Assembly (NCBI GenBank): GCA_030704615.1
Contig: CM060731.1
Coordinates: forward strand, 82,274,001-82,338,000
Reading direction: 5' to 3'
Source of the DNA: Takakia lepidozioides
Lineage: Eukaryota; Plantae; Bryophyta
Length of the DNA stretch: 64,000 bases
Part shown: one piece after another, positions 50,701 to 62,031 of the stretch
How positions within the stretch are numbered: position 1 is the first letter of the stretch
Layout of the letters: each line of letters begins with the position of its first letter
Notes under the pieces: model-generated
What the model was told of the DNA's origin: nothing
What the model saw: the letters and a program-made list of their open reading frames with translations, nothing else
Database searches by the model: none
Translations under genes and position numbers: made by a program

Positions 50701-52269
50701 AATAGTTATAGACTTGAATGTATAGTGGTGCAAGAGCATTTAGAGAAGGATTACATGTAGGCAAGAGTGAGAGAAGGAGAGGGAGATGAGGACAATGCCT
50801 TACAAATAGATGCAAAACCAGCGGTATTACCTGTAGCTTCAGAACAAGTAGTGGCAGGAAGATCTATGACCACATGCAACTCTAACCTTGGCAAGCTTGT
50901 GGACTGAGGTCTGTTCACAAATGAGGAGGTGGTACCAAGGCTTGTAGGAGGCAGAAGTGTCAATCATGATCCGAGGGAAATCCTCCAGGGATGATATTTC
51001 CATTGAATAACACATAGAGATTCATTGCTAGGCTATTAATGCACGCACTTCTATCTTCAGACTTTCTCTTCCGCTGTAGTCATGGAGATAGATAGTGATC
51101 TAACTGGTTGAAATGATGTGGGTGTCAGTGCCCCTTATTTTTACTTATACTATTGCTTTCAAACACATATCTCTAAACATGCAGATAAGCAGTAGAGGAA
51201 AGGTAGTACACTTATCCATGTACCCGACCTTGTAAGCTTGTGGTAAAGTGGCCTGAGACATATTGGTAATGTCTCCTTCAACACCATAGACAGTAGCAAG
51301 AACCTCTTATACAACACTAAAGCACTTGCAGGAAACGAATGAGAGAGATAGACCCAATGTGAGTATGACTTCATGTATTTGATAGAGGTCAAGGGTCATG
51401 TTTCCCTTGTCAAGCCCATATGGTATATCCCGAAAGCCGCGCGAGGGCATGTTGTTGTCCATAAAGATCGCCACCAGCCTGTGTAGATATCTCCTTCTCT
51501 GGATCGGGGGGTACTAGTAATGCAAGTGATTATGAATTCAGAGACAGCCTCGTGGGTTTCACGTAGAGCCCGCAAGTTGCTTAGTAAGTTGTGTACTCCA
51601 GAAACTCCTAATGTCATAAAAACTGTCATGTGCGTGTTTATTTTCCGGATGTTTTTCATAAGAGGTTACATATGTCTAAATTCTGTCTATCGACTTATGA
51701 ACGTATAGTAAGGCCTTAGTGTATTTTATGACCCAATAAGTCTTATTTAGGTACCAAACCCTCCAGATCAGAAAACATGTATCTTCTTAGAATGTACTTA
51801 AAGCCTAGGATATGAAATATGAGAAAGAAAAGAAAAAAAGAAAAAAAAGAAAAAAAAAAACCCTCCACCATATCCCTCGGTATAACAGTCCCTTGAAGAG
51901 CGAGTGTGGTATGCACTCACCCCTCAAGGGAGTGCATACCAGACTCCAACTCCTCAGAATTTATATTGCACTCCCATCTCTGCTGTGTAGTCGAGGTTGG
52001 CCACTTGCTGTCAACACTCAGTGGTCATACACTATCATATTTAACAAGTACTGACTTCTACATTGTTACTGCTCCTTGAAGCAAAGACAGCTACATAACA
52101 CCATTTTCATGAAGAAAAGAATACATATACCTTTAAGAAGATCAATTACCTGAAAACCAGATCGGGAAAGACATATTCTTCAAGGAACTTGATGAGAATG
52201 GTATAGAGTCTCTTTCTGCCGAACCCATTGTCTTCTAGGGTCTGTATAAGTATCATCAGTTCGGTCACA

Positions 52270-53012
52270 ATGTGTTTCACTTTGTTGGACAGGTATAGTA
52301 TAGGAAAGCCTGTGAAAGAACCACATTGTAGGATTGACGCACTGGTCTATTTGACCGACCGTTAATGTACCGAGTATACTGAAACGGTAGGTTGCTCCTC
52401 TTGTCATATTTTTTGAACTCGTAAGTCCCATTGACTGGATCAAGTATTGTCAATTGCAGATTCATAAAGCAGGCTTCAATATCTACATAATTGGGGCCAA
52501 GTCATGAGTTCAAGAGCTCTGGTTTTATTTCCACGATGTCCAGGGGATAGATCCACCAAGGGTTCTTATCATTTTGTTTGGTGGTGGGGTCCAGGAATTG
52601 CATAGCATCCCCGACATTGACCCAACAGATGTCAATGTACCTGAAGGCATGTAGGAAGTTGGGCAGGATATGAACCTGCTCCAAGGCTGCCAGTCTGAGA
52701 ATGAATTCATCTTATACATCAGAAAATATATGTTGCACCATAGAGGTGAACAAGAGAAACCCATGGGTATGCATGACGTTTGTTGCCATACTCGGTCCCC
52801 CGATCGTACAAAGTAGTGTTTCATGAGCCATGTGTGCAGAATGATCAGTCTCTCCTGTGATAGTACTATCCACCAACCATTTCAAGATGCGGATGGCCCC
52901 CATCTGGTTTTCATAAACATCTCCTTGTTGTCACTATATTGTACCCACAGATGGTGCCTTGCCCTCTTGTATTTGAGATGGTGTTGCAGCTTGAACGCAA
53001 TATCTACTACAT
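52270..53012 (-). mobile_element. Penelope-like element reverse-transcriptase remnant
   Basis: HYFVRSGDRVWQQTSCIPMGFSCSPLWCNIY, FRYID, and the thumb YDKRSNLPF...SNRP...YNVVLSQ; frameshifted. Confidence 0.65.
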
Positions 53013-53760
53013 CAGCATAGCTACGGCGTGAGCCCAGCCCCGTGAGCCTGGGAGCTAAGCTCACGCTTCAGGGAAGCGTGAGCGGCACAAATGTGCTAGA
53101 GAAGCAGGCCCTTTAGGCGAGGATTGCAGGAAGAGGGCCTATTACCGTCGACAAAACAAAGGGGCCACCATGCACCATGTCTGCAATGTTTGCACAAAAA
53201 GAGGAATATGAACATATGGCAGATTTGAGCTCAGAATGATCGTCACACTTTATTTCAAATCAGAGAAAGACACCTACAATGAATGGCATGTGCAATTGCC
53301 CTGGTTCCGCGAATAAAATGTATGTGTCTGTCCTACATGCAAAGACTCCACACGATAAGCTGGGAGCCAGCACGGGGAGTGGGCATGGCTCGTTTTTGTT
53401 CACTGAGAATCTGGCGGAGCCCCACGGCAAGTGTCTCGCTGCAGAAGAGTGATGACTTCTCCATAGCCTAGTGTGGCCTGGTGAATGAATTGGTTTCTCT
53501 TACCGTCGTAGCACATAATTATAAGGTATATGTAATATTGATGCTTGCAGGGGACCCACTTCCCTCTCATGCCGAGAGCGCCCTCACGCATCGTTACAAA
53601 ATCGGAATCCGTCCATACCCCGGGGCCGAGACTTTGGTGATACGAATCACCCGAGCCTGCAAAATTCTAGCTGATTTCATCTTGCAGTCGTGATCTGCAC
53701 CCGAAGCGACACGGCGCACTGTTTTTCCATCTCTTATTGTTGGGTGGGAGTCGGCACCGG
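53013..53760 (-). mobile_element. 3' end of a related MULE (terminus plus deleted SWIM-finger region)
   Basis: The terminus CAGCATAGCTACGGCGTGAGCC resembles the TIR at 3502. The peptide SARILQARV...PGYGR / PDFV...RGKWVPCKH...FIHQATL aligns with the transposase C-terminus at 9600-9910. Confidence 0.7.
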
Positions 53761-53778
53761 GTGGAGGCATTGCCGGAG

Positions 53779-54530
53779 CAGGGATGCCTCGGCGTGAGCC
53801 TGGTCACGTAAGCGCGTGAGCGCAATTGCGCTCACGCCACGTCACCTTGCGCCAATGCCACATCACGGGGCTCACTCCACGTCATCACACTTGAAGACCG
53901 CGTCACCGCGCACCCAGGAAGAAGTGGAGTGTATTCCCGCGGATTGGCACCTTTACCGCGGAAACAAGCTGGACGACATAATAAAAGACAGTGGTCATTC
54001 CCACCTGAAAGCAACAGATGAATAAAGGATGGATGAATGTATAGTTGGATGATAAAGAGATGGATGAGTGTGAAAAATGAATGTAGATGGATGAATGAGG
54101 GATGGATAAGAGTCAAATGGATGAATATATAATGAATGTTGAGCAATGGAAAACATTCATGACAGGAAGATACATGACTAAAACTTTAGACGAATACACA
54201 ACGTATATGACATGAGTGTGGTAGGTTTGTGGGTTGGATTAAAGAGTACAGAGGATGAATGTACAATGGATGTTGAACAAAGGAAAACATTCATGAATGG
54301 AGCACGCATGAATACACTGTAGATGAAAGCACAATGGATATGACAAGAGTGAGGGAGGTTTGTGAGATGGATTCATACATATTGCAATTTAAATGGTAGT
54401 TGATTCTTTGATTATTTTTCTTTCCAAATGAACAACTACGGTGGAGGAAGGGGATTCAAAGTTTTCCAAAGAGGATGAAACAGAATATTAAAAGAACATA
54501 GTTCAATCTGACTCAGAGTCAGTACAATGT
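53779..54530 (+). mobile_element. Left end of a second member of the 3502-10618 MULE family
   Basis: Starts CAGGGATGCCTCGGCGTGAGCCTGG and is collinear with 3502-4083, including the GGATGAAT-rich tract and CAGAGTCAGTACAATGT. Confidence 0.8.
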
Positions 54531-55049
54531 ATCCCCGCTTCCTCTGCATCTAAGTCTAAGTATTTAAGAACTCCGGATTTACGCTGGCTACACCTATGGC
54601 TGGGCAGTAAAAATTCAGGGGATAGGGACTCGGCCGCGTGAAGTGTCATTGCTTCGGCATAATCAGGAAGCAAAAAATTGGAAAGGGGGCTGTCGAAAAT
54701 AGACTCGCCACAAATGACTGTATCTCCTGAAGATCCACCGCTGCCTTTCCTGAAAGACAGCTTGAAAAAGTTATTACTGTAACTTTGATGTTATTGAGAA
54801 ATTGAGTATGACTCCCAAAGTGGGTTTAGCACTTACTCACATGAAAAGTCGTTGTCGACCTGCTTATCTTCGGGATCGTCATCATTTCGAATTTGAATCC
54901 GATCAGTTTGTGTGCCTGAAGTGGAGCCAGACAAAAGGGGGAGGAGCATTGTGTTGTAGAGGTTAGAATCACCCTCCATGCCAAAAAGGCTTCTTCCACC
55001 TACCTTGCATGCATGGTAAGTTGCTCCTGCACCAGACAGGTTTCGTACT

Positions 55050-57204
55050 TCACAATTCCGACATCGACTGGCGATCGTAAAAAAAAATTGCAAGACAAAA
55101 ATGTAGAAATATCAAAGGTATTCAACCCCTATTCCTTGGAGCTAGAGCTTTCATGAGAGCTACCAAAAAAGAGGCGGCATTTGCACTTTATGTGACTCCG
55201 ATCAAGTCCACAACAGACAAAGGTACTTCAACATTACCCGCTCAATATCAAGATTTCAAAGATGTCTTCGAGAAGAAAAATGCAGACATATTGCCAGAAC
55301 ATTGACCTTATGACTGTGCAATTGAGTTATAAGAAGTCCAAGGATCACATGATTTGTCGGAGACTAGATGACATTGAAAACAATATGTGATGTTTGATCT
55401 TTAAGCTTCACTTCAAGTGGTCGAGTTTCATGGTCCACATTTTCTGATGCTAATGGTCGTCCATCGATGAATTCAACGGGGGCCGAGAGTTTCTTCTTTA
55501 CGAGCGTTAAATTGTTTTGCTTCGCAAAGTTTTTGTCCATAAAACAAGCTGAAGCTCCTAAGTCCAAAAGTGCTTTTACAATGATATCTCGATTTTGCAC
55601 TCTGATTTTTACTGGAACTGTGAAGCAAGGTGCAGGGTCTGGAGGTAGAAAGAGATTTTTTTTTCTTAAGGAATTTGTGGTGTCCAGCCGCATGGTCCCT
55701 ACTGTGACTGGACATCTTCGTTTTTCGACCTCCTCGTATCGAACACTTGAGTTGTGCCCCGAGCTTTGAATCTTCTATTGTTGGGGCAGTTTAATGCTAT
55801 GTGATCTTCTTCTCCGCAATAGAGGCATAATCCATTCGAGCATCGTCTTTGTTTTTCTTGTGGCGTCAATGGCTTGAATCGGACAGCATCAATCTGCATA
55901 GGATCACTACTGGATGTCTGATGGATCGTTGTGTTTGGTGTCGTAGTAGCAGTGGCATGATGTGTCGGAGACCATCCAGATCGCTTCTCTTGACGTCTTT
56001 CGAACAAACGATTATCGCATGCAATGACTTGGGTGATGAATTCACTCAGTGTGCTCACGTTTGGCATTGTCAGCAACAAATCTTTTACATCATCTTTTAG
56101 TCCACATCAAAACTGACTAATGGGGCTCTTCTCATTCCAGTCGAGGTCGCACGCAAGTTGTCGAAATTTGGCAACATAAACGGAAGCAGGACGTGCTCCT
56201 TGTCGAAGATTTCACATTTTTGTTTCTGCAACTCTCTCTCTATCATTTTCTCCAAACGTTGCAGTGAACTCGGACTTGAATGCTTCAAAATTGTATAGTA
56301 AATGCGAATTTTTTTCTAATAGCGGTGCAAACCAAGATAGGGCAGTGCCTGACAGAATGGTGCCCACGAATCCCACTTGAATACCTTCATCGGTTGAAGA
56401 TCCATTGTTCGACTCATTTAACTCTGAAATTTGTTGTTGCAAATTGTGGAGAGCGTTGCTAAGATCTTGAGACTAATCAGCTTGCAATTGGGCGGTAGAT
56501 GTACAAAGTTCTTGCATCTGGAACTGAAGACTCTGCAATGTGGTGACCATTTCCGCAAATGTGCCTTCCATCTCAACTAATTAAAGAACAAACTTGAATC
56601 TCGCCAAACTGTCAAGGACGAGAACATGACAGAACACAAACAAGAGATCAGTCTAGAGGTACAAGACTAGACAAGAAGTTGTTGTGCGCATACGTATCGC
56701 TACACAACTACATTGTTGTTCAAACCACACCACACATATATGCACAATAAAGTAATCTGTCATCGTGCGCATACGTATCGTTACACAACTACATCGTTGT
56801 CCAAACTACACCACACATATATGGACAATAAAGTAGTCTGCCACAATTGATAAGAAACTAAAAACACGCTGTTGACACAAAAACATGAAATCCAACACCA
56901 TCACTCATCACTCTTTAAAATAGTAGTCAAGCCAGGGGCACCCCAAGCTATGGGGACTCCACCCCACAACAACCTATGCTCCCTTCATAAGCACACTCAG
57001 ATTCTAAGCAGTGAAGGAGCTCGGTCGTGCAGGCTCAACTCGAGAGAGATGAGCCGCACGACTGACAAGCTCGTGAAGATAAGATGATTCAGGTATCAAG
57101 CTAAACTTGACACCTGACTTAACACTTGAACTAATTCCAAGTGTTAAATACAAATAACTAGATTTATTCTAGTTAGTTTCACACTGTGTTTATTTAACTT
57201 GACA
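55050..57204 (-). mobile_element. Truncated Tcn1-like chromovirus (Ty3/gypsy): LTR 56610-57204, gag, protease
   Basis: LTR TGTCAAG...CTTGACA. gag LSGTALSWFAPL...PMQIDAVRFKPLTPQEKQRR..GLCLYCGEEDHIALNCP; protease ALLDLGASACFMD. The post-protease segment lies inverted at 55050-55335. Confidence 0.8.
56680..56845. repeat. Two tandem copies of the 85-bp mini-LTR, inside the chromovirus LTR
   Basis: Near-identical to 57207-57291. Confidence 0.8.
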
Positions 57205-57206
57205 AC

Positions 57207-60200
57207 TGTCGTGCGCATACGTATCGCTACACAACTACATTGCTGTCCAAACCACACTACACATATATGCACAATAAAGTAGTCTGCCACAATCGCCCCC
57301 CTAGCTGGTGGTTAGGTCCCTCTAACTCCAGATAGCTACAAGATGTAATAGCCACAGCCATACTAAGTCCTCTATCACTGTATCTATTGTACTCAAACTC
57401 TATAGACCAAGAGGCCGGGTACAAGAGCAACCCCATCGTTAGTCGCCGTCTTGCAATCTGTGAACTTGAGTCAGGATCTTGTGTGTTGGTCTCCTAGTAG
57501 CTTGGCCTTGCATTTCTTGTTAGCCTTCCATGGTTGTATCCACTCCCACTATCCAATGCAATGCGGACAAAACCAATCCCCATCAGGAACCATCTCAAGA
57601 GGTGGAGTCAAGCATCCCATATGCCAACCTCTAGAGCATTGATCACACACCAGCATGGTGGCTGCCCCTCTAGCAGACCCACATAACATGCACCTCAAAC
57701 TTGCAGGTACCACTGCCAGGTTTGGGTCAACCTTTCCATCAACATTTGGAAGGTGACATGGCGCGCAATTACGCACATGGTCCTTCCTAATCATGCCATC
57801 CCGACCCTCCAAGATCAGGACTCCTGAAGGCAACACCTCTTGAACCCTCAAAATAGTACGTCATGCAGTCACATCCAAGGTCGTAGGAGCAGTCTGCTGC
57901 AGATAAACATAGTCACCAAGGTTAAATCTCCGGATCCCAGGACGATAGCCCCCACCACGTATGGTAGCATACCTCAACATATCACGATGTTGTGCAATGG
58001 CAAGGTTCTCGAAAGCCATGGGCATGACTTTCTTCAACAACTCTGCACGCTGATCACGCACGTGCCTACATGTCCGGATCGTCAAGGTTGAGAACTGTAG
58101 CAGCTTCTCTACGAATGGATGCAGGCAAATCTGGCTCTCGGCCAAAGAGAAGAAAGTATGGTGAGAAGGAGGCAAGTGATGCTTGTTTGCTGAACTTGTA
58201 GCCCATGGCTAACCAGGGTAACTGAAGGTCCCAATCTCCTAGGTGTCTCTTTTGCAAGCCATACTTGCGCAAACCCTCTTTACTGTCTGAACAACCCTCT
58301 CTGCCAAGCCATCGGCCTCAGGATGATCCCGAGAAGTGGTGCGGTGGTCTACCAAGGCCTGGTCACACAAATCCTAAAACTCCCCCAAGAACTCTCTCCC
58401 TTGGTCCATGAGTACCTCAGCTGGAGCACCGAATCGGCTAAGTACACAATCCAAGAATGCATACGCAGCTCCCTCACTAGCCTTATCAGGCAATGGAACG
58501 AACTCGATCCACTTGGAGAAGTGTTCCACCATCACCAACACGTACTTGTTGTGGCGCATGGTCAGTGGCAACGGCCCTGCAAAGAACTCGTACACCTGCC
58601 TGCAGCACTGCAGCCAATCCAGTGTTGATCCCGCCAAACAAGTCCAGAAGGCATATGCCTTCATCCGGGCACTGCCACACAAGAGGTGTGGTGTCCAATG
58701 GCGACAATTGAGGTGGTCCTGGTGCAATCACCGCACTCTCCTCCTCTCCTGACAGTACGAAGGCCTCTACCCAGGCTTGTTGCACATGTCTATCATTAGC
58801 CTGCTGCAAATCCTTGCTCGTACCCCACAATGGAGTATGAGCAACCATGGCAGGCAACTCCGCCGTACCATGCATGTCATCTTGCTCTGTTGGAGGTGGC
58901 ACATCCTCTACATGGGCATTGCCCTCCAGCAACCCTCCAGGCCAACTAATTGCAGCTGTGAAGGCAGCTAGTGTTGGCATCTTGCCCCGCTGGGCAGCAG
59001 CAGCACCCCCAATGAATGTCACAGGGAGCTGTACACGACGACCATCCCCTGACTGTCATCCAGGCCTGTAGGATGCTGACTCCTCCCAAAAATCCAGGGT
59101 GAAGCCCATGGGATATAACACTGCCCCACCAATGAGGACATCGTAAGAGACCGCGTCTGTCACAATGGCCTTGGCTCGCATCACTGAGCCATCTATAAGA
59201 TGATCCGGCTGTAGTCTAATGGCCAACTCACGCCGTGTCATGCCCCGAGCCTGCTCTGATCCTCCCAGAGATGTCTGTATCTGGAAAGGACAAGGCTCCA
59301 TGTCCGCCTCCATGAGGCCCAAACCTGCAATAGCAGCTCTGCCCAACATCAGTGGCTGAGCTCCCGAGTCCAACAAGACCCGCAGTGGCCGGTACCTCTT
59401 GCCTGCCGGTCCACTCAAAGAGAAAATGCCATCCTGGTTGTCTAACAAGACAACTCCAGGTGTCACTATGGCGCGCTCACTGGCCCAGCTGGCAGCTCCG
59501 TCAACCTGGCAGCAGCAGCTTGCCATGGCGCAGCCGTGGCAGTCTTGACCCTCAAATCCGAGGATCCCTCTGCCACTACACCCTCCACTAACTCCGCAAA
59601 AGATGAAGTGACCTCCTCACTCTCGCAGAGTGTTGCTGCTAATCTGAACACTGCAGCTGGTCTTACCCCCGGCGTCGCGATCATGGTTGCCGAGAACAGT
59701 GGGGCCTGACACACAGAGGTGGCTGCCCCCAACAATACACTGGCTGCACTAGCCTTGGCAGCAGGTGTCAGTGTTGCACGTGTAGCTCTCCCCAATGGCA
59801 CAATAACGGCCTCTGTATCTGTCAGGCGAGAACTAGGTGCCATGGATGTCGTCGACACTGTCTCCCCCAAGATGAATGATTGAGGCAACCTAGCCTAACA
59901 GCTTGCCTCCCCATGCTGTGGATCTAACTCTGCACCTCGTGGCTCAGGAACTCATGTTGCTCCTCAAGTGACGGCTGCAGCAGACTCCACCTGCACTAGT
60001 GGTAGTGTTGCCCCACACATAAATCCCATGCCTCCCATGTTGCCTCCGTCAGGATGACGCTGCTAAGGAGGAACAGGAGGTGGACCCTCAGGTCTTGGAG
60101 CTGGTACCACCTAAGCTATGGCCATGGCAGCAAGCCTTTGCTCTAGTTGCTGAAGTCGGTTGGCCATGCCTTGGTCAACTCCCTGACCTCCACGTCCTTG

Positions 60201-62031
60201 GCCATACTATGCTTGCCCTCGTCCTACACCTCATGCCTGACCACCTCATCGTCTCTGAGGTGCTCCAGCTCGCCCTCGGCCACCATTGTTCCCTTGGAAC
60301 TGGCCTTGCCGCAAGTCAGGGTGCAAGTCATAACACTGGGCATCTCCATGCCCATATTTGCCACAATGCCCACACTGCAATTGTGCAGGCTGTGCTTGTG
60401 CCGGCCTTTTGCCACTCTCTGGGCAATCTTTCTTGACATGGGGTCCTCCACATTTCCAACATATCACCCCTGGTTGCTGTTGGCTTGCAAAAGATGCTAT
60501 TGGCCTCTGCACCTGCGGTCCCCTGTAGCTCCATGGAATTTGGGTTGGGAAACCTTGCCCCCCTGACCACGTTGTTGGGCAGTCCCTTGTGCCTGTTAGC
60601 TGGCAGCTGCGCCTCGTGCAGGCATGTCCTTGCCAAATCCAATGGTAACAACTCGCTCCTCCACCATGTTGAGCTCAATCCGCTCAGCCAGCAGAAACAC
60701 ATCTGCTAATGTGGGTTGGGCCGCTTGTAACAGGGTTGCATCCCGCACCCTTCTCCTGAGCTCCTTGTCCAAAATTCCATACCAGAACTGGACTGCCTGA
60801 GCTTCAGTAACCCCTTGGGTCACACTTATCAAGCGCCTCATACGAGTGTAGGCCTCTCGCAAGCTCTCACTAGATTTGCGCTGGAAGTCTTGCAAACTTC
60901 GCAGCTTCTCTATCCGTACGCCTTGGTAGTTCGTCCGCAACTCCTGGAAGAACTCCACCACTGGGTTGAATCTAGGCACATGTGTTGTAGTCGTGGCAGG
61001 AGGAGTAGTAGCACCTTTTGAACTGGTACCACCTACAGAAATACCGACACTACTTGTTCCACTACTAGTGCTGGCAATGGGAGATATTGGTGCTGATGCA
61101 GCTACTAGTCGCGTCGTGCCTCGAGTAATGAAGACGTAGTCAGGTGACCAATACATCCTCCACTCCTCAATCTTTGCTTCATGTCCTCGCCTAAACTCGT
61201 GGTAATCGTCCATAGGCGGACCTTCCAAATGCTGGAACAGTCCCTTCCACGCCATGAATGGGGTGAACAGCTGTGGATTGCGCATCTGCTGCAAATCACA
61301 CCAGCTGTCGAACTCCTGGATAAAGTCATCCAGCTCGATTGTGCCCATAGCTCCAGAGTACCTACGAGGCCCCTTGGTAGCTCCATACATCTCCTCCATG
61401 TCGTCCCACAACAATGGCGAATGAAACTGCACACCTGTTGATGAAGCCTCCGAGTCTGTGTCTGACTCTGCACTAGTTGAGGGTGGAGGTGAAGGTGGTC
61501 TGAAACGAACACCTCGTCTGGTGAACTCACTGCTACTGCCTGTAGCCGTACTCCCCTAACCCTTGGGTAACTCCGTGATAACACTCACAACCTGCACCTC
61601 CCCCACGTGACACTATAAGGCTCTAGTACTAATTCTAATAGTGACACGGGTGAGCACCTGTTGCGGATTAAGGGTCATATCCCAGTGGTTAAGGGCACCT
61701 GCACCTGCATCCACTGTAAGAACTCCTATGGTTGGCTGGTCATCAACCCAGCCTCACCATAGAAGAAACACTGGTGGTCTTGCTGGTCATCACTCCAGCC
61801 TCACCACCGACAGCATACTCTAGGATTGACCGGTGATCAAATCCGGCCTAATCCCTATGAAAGCAAGCGCCCACACAAAACCAACATGGCGCACAGTCAA
61901 GCATGCAGGTGTTGGGGGGGATCCAAACACAAGAAATCAAAACATCAACACCCCCACACCAAAATCCATCTGCAGTGATGATCCTGCAGAATATCCCAGC
62001 CCAAAAACCCCGGACTGACTGGCCTCCACCA
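57207..62031 (-). mobile_element. Internally deleted Ty3/gypsy element: gag (two zinc knuckles), protease, DNA-methyltransferase N-terminal remnant // integrase, PHD finger, PPT, 85-bp LTR
   Basis: gag 60596-61399; knuckles CWKCGGPHVKKDC and CGHCGKYGHGDAQC; protease RVLLDSGAQ; LLDLFGGINTGLAAVLQAG; integrase FAGPLP...VEHFSKW...DQGREF; PHD CMLCGS...LVCDQCSRGWHMGCLTPPL..VPDGDWFCPHC; PPT GCTAGGGGGGCGAT; LTR TGTGGCAG...CACGACA at 57291-57207. Candidate PBS TGGTGGAG at 62031. Confidence 0.85.

Noticed and set aside
49600-52270. Hammerhead ribozyme or GIY-YIG endonuclease of the PLE
   Set aside because: CTGATGA occurrences lack the required stems and GAAA arrangement; no GIY-YIG motif seen.
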